Both the position numbers and the translations under genes were made by a program. Shown here one piece after another: positions 1 to 14,019 of a stretch of DNA of 35,910 bases. The DNA comes from Deltaproteobacteria bacterium (lineage in GTDB: Bacteria > Desulfobacterota > UBA8473), in the NCBI GenBank assembly GCA_030623035.1, contig JAUXFK010000003.1:1-35910 (forward strand), given 5' to 3'. Position 1 is the stretch's first letter. Every line of letters begins with the position of its first letter. The notes under the pieces were generated by a model. It was not told the DNA's origin. It saw nothing but the letters and a program-made list of their open reading frames with translations, and did not search any database.

Positions 1-94
1 AGAATTGGCAATCGCTCTTTTTCTTTGATTTTATTAAATCCTTTAATTTCAATTGGTTAGTGCTCAGAGATATCTTTTATAATCATTTAAAGTA

Positions 95-880
95 ATGAGT
101 AAAATAATGACTAAAACCCTTTGCATAGCGAACCAAAAAGGGGGGGTAGGAAAAACCACTACAGCCATTAACCTTTCCGCGTCTCTTGCAGTTGCCGAAA
201 AGAGGACTCTGCTTATTGACATAGATCCCCAGGGAAATGCCTGTAGTGGCGTAGGTTTGACCAGAGACCAGATCAAAGACAACATCTATCATGTTCTTAT
301 GGAAGAAAAAGGGATTGAGGATGTTATAAAAAATACAGAGCTTTCATTTCTAGATGTAGTCCCCTCAAGTTTCGATCTCATAGGGGCTGAAATAGAATTG
401 GTTAATGTTCCGTCAAGGGAGTTTAGGCTATTTAGGACATTACAAAAGATTAAAGATAAATATGATTACATCATAATTGATTGTCCGCCTTCCCTGGGTA
501 TATTAACGCTCAATTCCCTCGCCACCGCCGATTCAATCCTAATTCCTGTGCAGTGTGAGTATTATGCCCTTGAAGGACTAAGCAGTCTTTTAAAGACAAT
601 AAGATTGGTCAAAAAAGGGCTGAATCCCGGATTGAAAATAGAGGGGTTCTTGCTGACCATGTTCGATAGCCGAAACAATCTTTCACACCAAGTTTCTGAA
701 GAGGTCAAAAAACATTTCAAGGATAATGTCTTCAATGCCATAATACCCAGAAATGTCAGACTAGGGGAATGCCCTAGTTTCGGTAAACCAATCTTGCTTT
801 ATGATATAAGCTGTAAGGGCGCCAGGAGCTATTTACAATTGGCACAAGAAATAATGGGTCATGGAAGGAAAAAACAGTGA
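95..880 (+). CDS. parA: ParA/Soj chromosome partitioning ATPase
   Basis: Deviant Walker [19 protein letters not shown] and IIDCPPSLG motifs; overlaps parB. The start may be at 107. Confidence 0.97.
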   Translation: MSKIMTKTLCIANQKGGVGKTTTAINLSASLAVAEKRTLLIDIDPQGNACSGVGLTRDQIKDNIYHVLMEEKGIEDVIKNTELSFLDVVPSSFDLIGAEIELVNVPSREFRLFRTLQKIKDKYDYIIIDCPPSLGILTLNSLATADSILIPVQCEYYALEGLSSLLKTIRLVKKGLNPGLKIEGFLLTMFDSRNNLSHQVSEEVKKHFKDNVFNAIIPRNVRLGECPSFGKPILLYDISCKGARSYLQLAQEIMGHGRKKQ

Positions 881-1731
881 GTAAGAGGAAGGCGTTAGGG
901 AAAGGATTAAACGCATTAATCCCGGATATTGAACCCAATAATGAAATAAAAAATGACTATATATTCTGTAATATAGAAAACATTCAATCCAATAAGTTCC
1001 AGCCAAGAAAGGAGTTTGACGAAGGCAAAATAGATGGTCTCGTTTCGTCTATAAAAGAAAAAGGTATTATCCAGCCATTAATCGTAAGAGAAACCCTATT
1101 TGGCTATGAACTAATCGCCGGGGAAAGAAGATGGCTCGCTGCGAAGAAGGCTGGTTTTAAAGAGGTTCCTGTTATTGTAAAGAAGGCTTCTGATGTTGAA
1201 GCCTTAGAGCTTTCCTTAATCGAGAATATCCAGAGGGAAGACCTCGGCACTTTAGAAGAGGCCGAAGCTTACAAAATGCTTATAGAGGAGTTCAATCTGA
1301 CCCAAGAAGAAATTGGGAAAAGAGTAGGAAGGGATAGATCTACCATCACAAATTCACTTCGGCTATTAAAGCTCCCACCTGAGATAAGGGATGGTCTTTC
1401 AAAAAATACGATTACGATGGGACACGCTAGAACATTGTTGAGCCTGGAAACCCTCCCGAAGCAAAGGGATGCTTACAGGAAAATAATGAGGGAGGGGCTT
1501 TCCGTTAGACAGACCGAGAAATTGATAAGTAGACTTAAAAGAGGAAAAGACAATAAGCCATCAGAAAAACAAGACGACATCTACTTGAATTCAATTAAGG
1601 ATAACCTTGTAAAACGTCTCGGCACACAGGTAAAGATAATTCGAAAAAAAGGGGGGGGTGGAAGTATAGAGATATCGTTTTATTCTAATGAAGATTTGGA
1701 TAGAATTATAGATACATTGAAGAAAATTTAA
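877..1731 (+). CDS. parB: ParB/Spo0J partitioning protein
   Basis: N-terminal [20 protein letters not shown] box, ENIQREDL and an HTH region. Confidence 0.97.
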   Translation: MSKRKALGKGLNALIPDIEPNNEIKNDYIFCNIENIQSNKFQPRKEFDEGKIDGLVSSIKEKGIIQPLIVRETLFGYELIAGERRWLAAKKAGFKEVPVIVKKASDVEALELSLIENIQREDLGTLEEAEAYKMLIEEFNLTQEEIGKRVGRDRSTITNSLRLLKLPPEIRDGLSKNTITMGHARTLLSLETLPKQRDAYRKIMREGLSVRQTEKLISRLKRGKDNKPSEKQDDIYLNSIKDNLVKRLGTQVKIIRKKGGGGSIEISFYSNEDLDRIIDTLKKI

Positions 1732-1739
1732 TCAATTTC

Positions 1740-1825
1740 GTAATTTTTTGCCATCTAAAGGAGCTAACGAGATTTTATGATTTTAATTGTCTTTTTCTTA
1801 CGATTTGAATTGTTTTGTTAAAGAG
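1740..1825. repeat. Degenerate family E repeat remnant
   Basis: 1740-1771 gtaattttttgccatctaaaggagctaacgag matches the reverse complement of 22171-22203. 1778-1825 resembles 22072-22125. Confidence 0.6.
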
Positions 1826-1846
1826 TTACTGAATTTCACATTTTTT

Positions 1847-1896
1847 ACACAATATATAGTATTTTAATTGACTTTTACTACATTATATTGTATATT
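1847..1896 (+). promoter_or_regulatory. sigma70 promoter for gyrB (TTGACT-17-TATATT) with two NrdR-box-like sites
   Basis: -35 at 1868-1873 and -10 at 1891-1896. acacaatatatagtat (1847-1862) and ctacattatattgtat (1878-1893) are 31 bp apart and resemble the NrdR consensus acaCwAtATaTwGtg. Confidence 0.6.
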
Positions 1897-2153
1897 GTTA
1901 ATTGATTTCCCTCAGCAAAAAAATCGGTCACAGCAAGGGCAATCACATTATAAGCCCGTGCAAAACTCGCGCCTGTTATGAGCGTAAAAAAAGAACAGTA
2001 TTGATCTTTGTAATTGAACAGTTACTAATGTATCTGTTCATACGCGTAACCATCAAGCAACACTTCTGTTCTTTCTTAACGCTCTATACACCGCTCAAAC
2101 AGTTGCACGCGTTATAATGTGACCGCCCTTGCTATGTTAACTCAATAAGCATT
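1894..2153 (-). mobile_element. MITE-like palindromic element, family A1
   Basis: Inverted homolog of 27615-27870. TIR-like ends attgttaattga / tcaataagcatt. Perfect 8-bp direct repeat tattgtat at 1886-1893 and 2154-2161. Confidence 0.85.
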
Positions 2154-2175
2154 TATTGTATATTATTACAAGCAA

Positions 2176-2286
2176 TGATTTTAATCGTTTTTGACGAAAT
2201 TTCTTGAGTTATCTTATTCCAGGATTCAAAATGAAAAGTGAAAATATTAAATTGTTTGAGTGAGCTTGTGAGCGATTTTTATTTTC
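2176..2286 (+). repeat. Degenerate repeat remnant (E-like segment plus TGTTTGAG...GCGATTT hairpin motif)
   Basis: 2176-2232 is similar to 22072-22125. 2253-2278 tgtttgagtgagcttgtgagcgattt lies inside tgaaaata...tattttca arms. Confidence 0.5.
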
Positions 2287-2296
2287 AAATAGGTGA

Positions 2297-4711
<2,415 letters not shown>

Positions 4712-4713
4712 AC

Positions 4714-4988
4714 GTAACAGTTTAGCTTTTTTAAATGTTATTTGCTTCAATGGTGGTCAAATTTTAACGCGTGCAACTGTTTGAACATCTTAGTGAGCGT
4801 TAAGAAAGAACAGGGGAAAAGCCTCGTTTTTCTAGGATGTTAATCGTTCCAAAGCTTATCGGCTGAATTTAATAGCTGAATGCTGTTCTTTCTTTATGCT
4901 CTTTTAGATGCGAGTTCTGCACGGGTTAAAATTTGATTGCCGTTGAAGCTTGGCCAGTGCTTTCTGTTTCATAAGGCTAAAATAATAC
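4714..4988 (+). mobile_element. MITE-like palindromic element, family A2
   Basis: Ends gtaacagtttagc / gctaaaataatac. Flanks gtataaac / atataaac (7/8 duplication). Near-identical to 13672-13899; core homologous to A1. Confidence 0.85.
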
Positions 4989-5120
4989 ATATAAACATAT
5001 TACTGAAATCACTAAATACAATGCACCTTATCCTGCCCTTATGACCAACTAAACCTAACATCTTATTAACCTTACGGGTTTCTGTCTTCTTAAAAATATA
5101 AAGGAAAACTAAAGAGTATT

Positions 5121-7553
5121 ATGTATTTACAACAACATAAAATCCCGGTAAGCATCGAAGATGAAATGAAAAAATCCTATATGGATTATGCGATGAGTGT
5201 CATTGTAGGAAGAGCCTTGCCGGATGCCAGGGACGGACTGAAGCCGGTTCATCGCAGAATTCTCTATGCAATGAATACTATGAGCAATTATTGGAACAAG
5301 CCTTATAAAAAATCAGCCAGGATTATCGGGGATGTTATAGGGAAGTATCATCCTCATGGCGATGCAGCTGTATATGATTCCATAGTTCGTATGGCCCAGG
5401 ATTTTTCTATGCGCTATCCTCTTATAGATGGACAGGGAAATTTCGGTTCCATCGATGGAGACCCTCCAGCAGCCATGAGGTATACAGAGATAAGAATGTC
5501 CCGCCCGTCCTCTGAAATTCTTTCAGACATTGAAAAAGAGACTGTGGACTTTATCGCAAACTATGACGACTCCCTCTTTGAACCCACGGTTTTGCCGACT
5601 AAGTTCCCAAATCTCCTGGTCAACGGATCTTCGGGTATTGCCGTTGGAATGGCTACAAATATCCCCCCTCATAATTTAGTAGAAGTAATAGATGGAGTTA
5701 TCGCCACAATAGACAAGCCCGACATAAGCATTAACGACTTAATTGAGTTCATACCCGGGCCTGATTTTCCCACTGCCGGCTTCATATGTGGTAAAAGCGG
5801 TATTAAAACTGCCTATGAGACCGGGAGAGGAATAATCCAGGTAAGGGCAAGGGCGAATATTGAAAAAACAAAAAACAGCCCTAAAGAATCTATTGTAATC
5901 ACTGAGCTTCCCTACATGGTTAATAAAGCAAAGTTAATCGAAAAGATAGCTGAACTATCAAGAAAGAACAAGATAGAGGGAATCTCAGAACTCAGAGACG
6001 AGTCAGATAGAGAAGGAATGCGGATAGTTATTGATCTAAAAAGGAATGAAATTTCAAAGGTCATACTCAACCAGCTATACCAGCATACCCAGATGCAGGT
6101 ATCCTTTGGTATTATAATTCTGGCTATTGTTGGCGGTCAGCCAAAGGTTCTCAATCTAAAAGAATCTCTCAACCATTTCATAAATCACAGAAAAGAAATT
6201 GTCATTAGAAGGACTTCTTTTGAATTAAAGAAAGCAGAGGAAAAGGCACATATCCTTGAAGGCTTAAGGGTTGCCCTTTCGAACATTGATGAAATCATCT
6301 CCCTTATCAAGTCCTCGAAAGGCCCACAAGAAGCCAGGGAAGGCCTTATAAGCAGATTCTCGTTATCCGCTATTCAGGCTCAGGCAATTTTAGATATGAG
6401 GTTACAGAAGCTCACCGCATTGGAACAAGAAAAAATCATAGAAGATTATATGGAAATCATTAAATCAATAGAAAAATACAGGCTGATCCTTTCGAACGAA
6501 AGGCTTGTCCTTGATATTATTGTTGAAGAGCTAACCGCTTTAAAAAAGTCGTATGGTGATGAGAGGCGAACAGAGATAATAGAAGAGAATACGGACATCT
6601 CTTTAGAAGACATGATCGTTGAAGAAGATATGGTTGTAACGGTTACCCACAGCGGATATATAAAGAGAAGCCCTCTATCCCTTTATCGAAGCCAAAAGCG
6701 AGGAGGTAAAGGCAAGAAAGGTACAACTACAAACGAAACAGATTTTGTAGAACATCTATACGTTCCTTCAACCAGAGATTTTATTCTCTTCTTTACGGAT
6801 AAGGGTAAGGTTTTCTGGTTAAAAGTCTATGAAATACCTCAGGCAGGCAGGACATCCCGCGGCAAGCCTATTGTCAATCTGCTTAACCTTGGTCATGATG
6901 AAAATATTACAGCGATCCTTCCGGTTAAAGAATTTATAGATGACAAATTTATCATTATGGCAACAAAGAATGGAATAATAAAAAAGACCCCGCTTATCGC
7001 TTTTTGCAACCCTCGCGTCTCCGGGATAATCGCTATAAACATTGATGAAGGAGACAGGCTAATCGATGTGAGGCTGACCGATGGCAACCAGGACATCTTT
7101 CTTGGCACCAGATTCGGAAAGTCTATCCGTTTTAATGAAGCCCAGATAAGGAGTATGGGAAGAATATCCAGGGGGGTCAAAGGCATTAAATTAAATAAAG
7201 GTGATAAACTCGTTGGTATGGAAATTATAAATGATGGCACTACTATTCTCTGCGTCACTGAAAAAGGCTTAGGCAAAAGAACCAGGGGCTCGGATTACAG
7301 GCCTCAAAAGAGGGGCGGGTCCGGTAATATTACAATAAAGTCTACAGAAAAGAATGGCCCAGTCGTTGGCTTGAAGCATGTAAACGATGAAGATGATTTA
7401 ATGCTCATTTCTGATAGAGGAAAGATCATCAGGATTAATGCGAAGGGTATTCCAATAACAGGAAGAAACACCCAGGGAGTAAAATTAATCGTTATCTCTG
7501 CTGATGAGAAACTAGTAAGTATAGCCAGACTGGCGGATAATGGGAATGGCTGA
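5121..7553 (+). CDS. gyrA: DNA gyrase subunit A
   Basis: GKYHPHGD, catalytic AAMRYTE, GyrA-box QKRGGKG and beta-pinwheel repeats. Confidence 0.99.
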   Translation: MYLQQHKIPVSIEDEMKKSYMDYAMSVIVGRALPDARDGLKPVHRRILYAMNTMSNYWNKPYKKSARIIGDVIGKYHPHGDAAVYDSIVRMAQDFSMRYPLIDGQGNFGSIDGDPPAAMRYTEIRMSRPSSEILSDIEKETVDFIANYDDSLFEPTVLPTKFPNLLVNGSSGIAVGMATNIPPHNLVEVIDGVIATIDKPDISINDLIEFIPGPDFPTAGFICGKSGIKTAYETGRGIIQVRARANIEKTKNSPKESIVITELPYMVNKAKLIEKIAELSRKNKIEGISELRDESDREGMRIVIDLKRNEISKVILNQLYQHTQMQVSFGIIILAIVGGQPKVLNLKESLNHFINHRKEIVIRRTSFELKKAEEKAHILEGLRVALSNIDEIISLIKSSKGPQEAREGLISRFSLSAIQAQAILDMRLQKLTALEQEKIIEDYMEIIKSIEKYRLILSNERLVLDIIVEELTALKKSYGDERRTEIIEENTDISLEDMIVEEDMVVTVTHSGYIKRSPLSLYRSQKRGGKGKKGTTTNETDFVEHLYVPSTRDFILFFTDKGKVFWLKVYEIPQAGRTSRGKPIVNLLNLGHDENITAILPVKEFIDDKFIIMATKNGIIKKTPLIAFCNPRVSGIIAINIDEGDRLIDVRLTDGNQDIFLGTRFGKSIRFNEAQIRSMGRISRGVKGIKLNKGDKLVGMEIINDGTTILCVTEKGLGKRTRGSDYRPQKRGGSGNITIKSTEKNGPVVGLKHVNDEDDLMLISDRGKIIRINAKGIPITGRNTQGVKLIVISADEKLVSIARLADNGNG

Positions 7554-8367
7554 ATCAAAGCGGAAAATTCATAGATGGATTAAAACAGGTTTTTTATTGG
7601 CTATTATTATCCCCTTTTGCACTGCCATTAATTGTAGTAAACAAGACTCAGATCATCTTCAAAAGGCCGAAGACTTAAGGGATAAAGGCGCCTATGTACA
7701 AGCCTGCTTAGAATATAATAAAATTATAGACAAATACCCCGATAGCCCTTTTGTTGCAGAAGCCCTCTTTCAACTTGGCAACACTTATCGCCTCTATATC
7801 AAAGATTATAAAAATGCCATTAATAATTATAAAAGATTGACCTCTTGCTTTCCTGACTCAGGGTTTGCTCCTCTTGCCCAAAAAAACATTGCAGAAATCT
7901 ATATGGATAAATTTATTGACTATAAGGCTGCCATATTAGAATATCAGAGGGTTTTGGACAATTATCCGGAGTTAGAGGATGCCGACGAATTTCAGTACCA
8001 GATCGCCCAATGTTACTCACTCATCAATGACTTTGAACAGGCCAGGGTAGAGTATGGAATCCTCCTTGAAAACTTCCCGCAAACAAAACTGGCGGATGAT
8101 GCTTATTTACAGATTGCCGGCAGCTATTATCTTGAAGATCGTCTTGAAACTGCGATAGAATCCTATAAGGAAGTTATAAAAAAGCACCCAAAAACGATGA
8201 GTTCAATCTATGCAGAGTTCTACATTGGCAATTGCTATGAAGAGATGGAAAAACTCCAGGATGCCTTAAATATCTATGAAAATATTCTCAACAAATACAA
8301 TGACAAAGAAGTCGTACAGATAAGGATAGATAACATTAAGAAAAGATTAAAAAAAAGGACACGATGA
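7540..8367 (+). CDS. TPR-repeat exported protein (BamD/YfiO-like)
   Basis: Hydrophobic N-terminus with Cys and repeated YP-S/A...A TPR units. Confidence 0.8.
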   Translation: MGMAESKRKIHRWIKTGFLLAIIIPFCTAINCSKQDSDHLQKAEDLRDKGAYVQACLEYNKIIDKYPDSPFVAEALFQLGNTYRLYIKDYKNAINNYKRLTSCFPDSGFAPLAQKNIAEIYMDKFIDYKAAILEYQRVLDNYPELEDADEFQYQIAQCYSLINDFEQARVEYGILLENFPQTKLADDAYLQIAGSYYLEDRLETAIESYKEVIKKHPKTMSSIYAEFYIGNCYEEMEKLQDALNIYENILNKYNDKEVVQIRIDNIKKRLKKRTR

Positions 8368-9386
8368 TTAGAGAAATAGGTGTTTTGGGAGCTGGGAGCT
8401 GGGGAACTACCCTTGCAAACCTTTTAGCAGAGAAAGGATATACGGTTACCCTTTGGGTATATGAACCGGAGCTTTGCGAGATAATAAAAAGAAAACGAGA
8501 GAACACATTTTATCTTCCCAATTCAAGGTTGTCATATAATATTTATCCGACCACCTCTTTTGCTGAAGTCTGCAAAGACAAAGGAATGCTTGTATCTGTT
8601 ATGCCTTCTCATGTGGCAAGAAACGTAATCTCACAAACCATTCCTTTTCTTTCGGAGAAACCCATTGTAGTCAGTGCATCCAAAGGCATTGAGTCTGATA
8701 CCTTGATGAGTATGTCCCAGGTATTAAAAGAAGTTCTACCTGCTACATTACATGAAAATCTGGTCTACTTGTCAGGCCCCAGTTTTGCAAAAGAGGTCAT
8801 TAAGAAAACACCTACTGCAGTATCTGTTGCATCAGAAAACCCAGAGGCATGCAGCATTGCACAGAAGGTCTTTTCAACTAAATTTTTCAGAGTTTATACG
8901 AACTCAGATGTTACAGGAGTAGAACTGGGGGGAGCACTAAAGAACGTTATTGCCATTGCTGCCGGAACCTCCGATGGCCTGGGGTTTGGTCACAATACTC
9001 GAGCTGCCCTGATTACTCGAGGGTTAGCGGAAATCTCCCGCATGGGAGTTCTCATAGGGGCAAATCCTCTTACCTTTTCCGGTTTAACCGGTCTTGGAGA
9101 TCTCGTACTTACATGTACCAGCGACTTGAGTAGAAACAGGTCCGTGGGGCTACAGCTAGGCAAAGGAAAAAAACTAAAGGAGATATTAGATGGCATGAAT
9201 ATGGTAGCCGAAGGGATAAAGACTACAAAGGCTGCTTATTATTTTGCCAAAAAACTTAATGTTGAGATGCCTATTACAGAGCAGATTTATTATTTGCTTT
9301 ACGAAGACAAGCCAGCCAGAGATGTGGTGACTCAGCTTATGAGCAGAGACCTGAAAAGTGAATTGGAGTCTTACAATACCCTTTAG
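8364..9386 (+). CDS. gpsA: NAD(P)H-dependent glycerol-3-phosphate dehydrogenase
   Basis: GAGSWG, SGPSFA, GGALKNVIAIAAG and GDLVLTC..SRNR motifs. Confidence 0.97.
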   Translation: MIREIGVLGAGSWGTTLANLLAEKGYTVTLWVYEPELCEIIKRKRENTFYLPNSRLSYNIYPTTSFAEVCKDKGMLVSVMPSHVARNVISQTIPFLSEKPIVVSASKGIESDTLMSMSQVLKEVLPATLHENLVYLSGPSFAKEVIKKTPTAVSVASENPEACSIAQKVFSTKFFRVYTNSDVTGVELGGALKNVIAIAAGTSDGLGFGHNTRAALITRGLAEISRMGVLIGANPLTFSGLTGLGDLVLTCTSDLSRNRSVGLQLGKGKKLKEILDGMNMVAEGIKTTKAAYYFAKKLNVEMPITEQIYYLLYEDKPARDVVTQLMSRDLKSELESYNTL

Positions 9387-9443
9387 ATTTCCTTTTCTTT
9401 TCGGCTTTTGTAAACCTTCTCAATCCGTTTATGGAGTTTTCAA

Positions 9444-12400
9444 ATGATTGGTTCAGATCCTCTCTTTTTAGGTATCGATGTAGGTTCGGTTAGTGTCAAT
9501 ACAGTAATAATGAACCAAGAAAGGTCTGTTCTGGAAGAACACTATAACAGAACAATGGGGGATCCCATAGAAACTGTTAGAAGGGTTCTTACGGAAATAT
9601 TCTCTCGTATCAATAAAGATCAATTAAAAGCTGCCTCGATTACAGGAACAGCAGGTAAATTGGTAGCACAACTCATAGGGGCAACCCCTGTCAACGAAAT
9701 TATTGCACAGTCTAACTCTATAAACTATCTCTACCCCCAGGTAAGGACAGTTATTGAAATTGGAGGAGAAGACTCCAAGCTGATCTTACTTGAATCCGAT
9801 AATCTTCAAAACAAGGCGAAGATATTAGATTTTGCAATGAATACCATCTGCGCTGCCGGCACTGGATCCTTTCTCGATCAACAGGCCCATAGATTGGGTC
9901 TGAGCATTGTAGAGTTTAGCAAACTGGCATTAAAATCGAAAACCCCACCACGCATTGCCGGAAGGTGTAGTGTATTTGCTAAAACAGATATGATTCACTT
10001 ACAACAGTGTGCCACCCCCGACTTTGATATCGTTGCAGGGCTGTGTTATGCACTGGCAAGAAACTTTAAAGGTAATATTGGGAAAGGCAAGACTTTTACT
10101 CCTCCCATTTCATTTCAGGGTGGGGTAGCTGCCAATATCGGCATGAGAAAGGCATTCATCGACGTATTGGAATTGAGGGAACAGGACTTAATCATTCCAG
10201 AATATTTTGCATCAATGGGAGCAATTGGCTCTGTGATATCTACTATGGAAAATCCGGACACTCAAATAGTGTTCATTGGACCGGACAGGATCAATGGCTA
10301 TCTTGAATCCAACAAAGAAAAAGTTGTATTGCTCAGCCCTCTTTCACTTTCTTGTGAGCATAAAAGAAAAAACCCCCCACAAAACACCATTCATTCCATA
10401 TGTGAAAGAGTAGACAGGATTGACGCCTATTTAGGGATAGACGTAGGATCCATCAGTACAAACGTTGTGGTTATTGATAAAGACAAAAACCTTCTCTCAA
10501 AAAGATACCTGATGACTACAGGAAACCCCATAGAAGCAATAAGAAGGGGGCTGAAGGAGGTTGGCGAAGAGGTTGGCGACTTTGTAAACATACGAGGCGT
10601 AGGAACAACAGGCTCGGGCAGGTATTTGACAGGTGACTTTGCTGGTGCAGATATTGTAAGAAATGAGATAACTGCTCAAGCTACTGGGGCGATTCATTTG
10701 GATTCGAAAGTCGATACAATATTCGAAATCGGAGGTCAGGATTCAAAATATATTAGCATTAAAAACGGGGCAATCGTCGATTTTGAAATGAATAAGGTTT
10801 GTGCTGCCGGCACAGGATCTTTTTTGGAAGAACAGGCAGAAAAGTTAGGGATATCTATTAAGGATGAATTTGGAGAGTTAGCCTTAAACGCATCTTCGCC
10901 TGTTTCTCTTGGTGAACGCTGCACAGTATTTATGGAATCCGATCTGGTCCATCACCAACAGAGAGGAGCCGATAAAGACAACCTCGTTGCAGGGTTGAGT
11001 TATTCTATAGCGATTAACTATCTAAACAAGGTAGTAGGAGATAGAAAGGTAGGAAATCGTATATTCTTTCAAGGAGGAACGGCCTTCAACCTGAGTGTGG
11101 TAGCTTCCTTTGAAAAACTGCTAGGCAGACCCATTATAGTCCCTATGAACAATGAGGTTATGGGGGCTATAGGAGTGGCAATCCTTTCAATGGAGGCGGA
11201 CATAGAAGGTAAAAGTAATTTTAAAGGGTTCGATCTTAGCGAAAGAAGTTATGACCTTACTTCTTTTGAATGCAATGGTTGCCCAAATATGTGCGAGATT
11301 AGAAAACTCACCGTTAAAGGAGAAAGTCCCCTTTTCTATGGAAGCAGATGTGAAAAATATGAAGTAGATAAAAAGAAAAAGAAAGGGGATGATCTCCCGG
11401 ATCTTTTTGCCGAAAGGGAAGACCTTCTGCTCAATATTTGTCGAGAGGATAGCAAACAAGATGATAATGCCCCTGTAATAGGGATTCCCAGGATTCTCTT
11501 CTTCCATGAATTGCTTCCCCTATGGAAGTCGTTCTTCAATGGGTTGGGATTTAAGGTTGTCTTTACTGAAAACAGCAATAAAAAACTAATCCATCAGGGG
11601 GTTGAATGTTCTGTAGCTGAGACATGTTTCCCTATAAAGGTCTCTCACGGGCATATACTCGAACTGATAAACAGCGGTATTAAGAGGATATTCTTGCCAA
11701 GTATTATAAATATGAAAGAGACCAACCCTGATGTGGAACACAGTTTTAATTGCCCTTATGTACAATCCTTCCCATATACTGTCAAGTCTGCCATAAACTT
11801 TGAACAATACGGAGTGACGCTATTGCAACCCGTAATTCACCTTGGAAGAGGAAGGGACGGCATAAGGAAGGCGCTTTATAAGATGGCAAAGCAGCTACGG
11901 ATACCTTCTAAAGGTATCAAAGTTGCCCTTTCCAGGGCTTTTGAGATTCAGGATGTTTTTTATTCTAAACTAAAGATCCGTGGAGCAGAGGTTTTAGATA
12001 ATCTCAAAGAAGACCAGAAGGCTATGGTCATCGTAAGCAGGCCTTACAACGGTTTCGACACCGGCATCAATTTGAACCTGCCAAAGAAACTCAGAGATCT
12101 GGGGGTTCTTGCTATCCCATCAGATTATCTGCCTATAGAAGGCCCTGATATTAAAGATACCTGGGGACATATGTACTGGAAGTATGGACAGCGGATCTTA
12201 AGCGCAGCCCATATTATAAGAAACAGCCCTAATCTATATGCCATATACATCACCAATTTTGCATGCGGCCCCGATTCATTTATATTGCATTTCTTCAGGG
12301 AAAAACTAAAAGGAAAACCATACCTTCAAATAGAGATTGATGAGCACAGTGCAGATGTTGGAGCGATTACACGTCTTGAGGCCTTCCTCGATACATTGAA

Positions 12401-13664
12401 TAACGTCAAAAAAGATAGCACGATTAAAAAACAAAAAAAAGGATTGTTTACTTCTGTCGACAGTGCAAATAGCAGAAAGGTTTATATCCCTTATATGTCT
12501 GACCATGCAATTGTCCTCTCCGCTGCATTCGATGTCTGCGGAATACCCTCTGAACCAATGCCGGAATCCGACGAGATTACCCTGGAGCTGGGAAGGAAAT
12601 TTACTTCAGGTAGAGAGTGTTTTCCATGTATCCTTACTACCGGAAATATGGTAAGGCTATTAAAATCCCCTGACTTCGATCGTGAAAAAACCGCCTTCTT
12701 CATGCCGGCTGCCAATGGCCCATGTCGTTTTGGCCAGTATCACCGATTTCACCGTATGGTTCTCGACGAATTGGGTTTTGATGATATACCCATCTATGCC
12801 CTTAGCCAGGATGAGACCCTTTATCAAGAACTACAAAGCGCTGGTAAAAAGATAATCCGTCTGGCATGGCAGGGCATCATGGCTGTCGATATTATCGAGA
12901 AGAAACTGAGAGAGACAAGACCCTTTGAGAAAATTCCGGGAGAGACAGAAAGGGTATACCAGCATTGCTTACAAAGTTTTTCTGATGCGATCAGAAAAAA
13001 AGGAGGGCTACTTGAAACCTTAAAGGATGCACAGGCTGAATTCAACAAAATAGAACTAAATAACTCAATAAAGAAACCGATTATTGGTGTAGTGGGAGAG
13101 GTTTATGTCCGTTCAAATAAATTCAGCAATGAAAACATCATCTTAGAGATTGAAAGGCTTGGTGGAGAGGCATGGGTTCCTCCGTTTTCGGAATGGATAT
13201 TTTACGCAAACTTTACGTCCAAGATGAGGAGCATAAGAGATAAGAACTATAAGTGTTTATTCAGCACTTACTTTGCTGAATTCTTTCAAAAACTGGATGA
13301 ACATAGATTGGTAAAGGTATTTGACGGATCTCTTAAGAACCTTCGAGAGCCTTCTACCAGGCAATTACTGAAATACGCAAAACCCTATCTTGATCCTTCT
13401 TTTGAAGGCGAAACAATCGTTAGCATTGGAAAATCTGTGGACTTCTACAAAAAAGGAGTGAGCGGTCTTATAAATGTTATGCCATTTACCTGTATGCCAG
13501 GTACAATCGTAAGCGCTTTACTAAAGAGATATAGAGAGGATTATAACAATATCCCCGTTCTAAATATGGCCTTTGATGGACAAAAAACCACCAATACCCA
13601 GACTAGATTAGAGGCCTTCATCTATCAAGTCAGGCAGTATCAAGAACAGATGGAAAATAATTAA
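9444..13664 (+). CDS. Fused CoA-substrate-specific enzyme activase (2x BadF/BcrA ATPase, DUF2229 and dehydratase-like domains)
   Basis: Two GIDVGS / IGG.DSK / CAAGTGSF / RC.VF domains, CNGCPNMC, ETCFPIK, FACGPD, GPCRFGQY and PFTCMP. Confidence 0.88.
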   Translation: MIGSDPLFLGIDVGSVSVNTVIMNQERSVLEEHYNRTMGDPIETVRRVLTEIFSRINKDQLKAASITGTAGKLVAQLIGATPVNEIIAQSNSINYLYPQVRTVIEIGGEDSKLILLESDNLQNKAKILDFAMNTICAAGTGSFLDQQAHRLGLSIVEFSKLALKSKTPPRIAGRCSVFAKTDMIHLQQCATPDFDIVAGLCYALARNFKGNIGKGKTFTPPISFQGGVAANIGMRKAFIDVLELREQDLIIPEYFASMGAIGSVISTMENPDTQIVFIGPDRINGYLESNKEKVVLLSPLSLSCEHKRKNPPQNTIHSICERVDRIDAYLGIDVGSISTNVVVIDKDKNLLSKRYLMTTGNPIEAIRRGLKEVGEEVGDFVNIRGVGTTGSGRYLTGDFAGADIVRNEITAQATGAIHLDSKVDTIFEIGGQDSKYISIKNGAIVDFEMNKVCAAGTGSFLEEQAEKLGISIKDEFGELALNASSPVSLGERCTVFMESDLVHHQQRGADKDNLVAGLSYSIAINYLNKVVGDRKVGNRIFFQGGTAFNLSVVASFEKLLGRPIIVPMNNEVMGAIGVAILSMEADIEGKSNFKGFDLSERSYDLTSFECNGCPNMCEIRKLTVKGESPLFYGSRCEKYEVDKKKKKGDDLPDLFAEREDLLLNICREDSKQDDNAPVIGIPRILFFHELLPLWKSFFNGLGFKVVFTENSNKKLIHQGVECSVAETCFPIKVSHGHILELINSGIKRIFLPSIINMKETNPDVEHSFNCPYVQSFPYTVKSAINFEQYGVTLLQPVIHLGRGRDGIRKALYKMAKQLRIPSKGIKVALSRAFEIQDVFYSKLKIRGAEVLDNLKEDQKAMVIVSRPYNGFDTGINLNLPKKLRDLGVLAIPSDYLPIEGPDIKDTWGHMYWKYGQRILSAAHIIRNSPNLYAIYITNFACGPDSFILHFFREKLKGKPYLQIEIDEHSADVGAITRLEAFLDTLNNVKKDSTIKKQKKGLFTSVDSANSRKVYIPYMSDHAIVLSAAFDVCGIPSEPMPESDEITLELGRKFTSGRECFPCILTTGNMVRLLKSPDFDREKTAFFMPAANGPCRFGQYHRFHRMVLDELGFDDIPIYALSQDETLYQELQSAGKKIIRLAWQGIMAVDIIEKKLRETRPFEKIPGETERVYQHCLQSFSDAIRKKGGLLETLKDAQAEFNKIELNNSIKKPIIGVVGEVYVRSNKFSNENIILEIERLGGEAWVPPFSEWIFYANFTSKMRSIRDKNYKCLFSTYFAEFFQKLDEHRLVKVFDGSLKNLREPSTRQLLKYAKPYLDPSFEGETIVSIGKSVDFYKKGVSGLINVMPFTCMPGTIVSALLKRYREDYNNIPVLNMAFDGQKTTNTQTRLEAFIYQVRQYQEQMENN

Positions 13665-13671
13665 AATATGT

Positions 13672-13943
13672 GTAACAGTTTAGCTTTTTTAAATTTTAGT
13701 TGCTTCAACGGTGGTCAAATTTTAACGCGTGCAACTGTTTGAACATCTTAGTGAGCGTTAAAAAAAACAGGGGGAAAGCCTTGTTGTTCTAGGATGTTAA
13801 TCATTCCAAAGCTTATCGGCTGAATTTAATAGCTGAATGCTGTTCTTTCTTTATGCTCTCTTAGATGCGAGTTCTGCACGGGTTAAAATTTGATTGCCGC
13901 TTTAGTGACCGATTTTTTTTGCTGAGGGAACTCAATAGCCATT
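13672..13943 (+). mobile_element. Chimeric A2/A1 palindromic element
   Basis: 13672-13899 matches the A2 copy at 4714. The right end gtgaccgattttttttgctgagggaactcaatagccatt is an A1 end. No target duplication. Confidence 0.85.
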
Positions 13944-14019
13944 TAATGTAAAATTTACTGACATTTGAAAAACGAGTATACATCTTATCGATTTTAAAAG
14001 GAAAGGAGGTGATTGATAG

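Noticed and set aside
1644-1658. A7G8 homopolymer in parB as a phase-variation tract
   Set aside because: It is in frame, encodes a typical KKGGG loop and sits in a core gene.
1902-2117. 71-aa ORF
   Set aside because: It lies inside an A1 element, and the frame is not evidently conserved in other copies.
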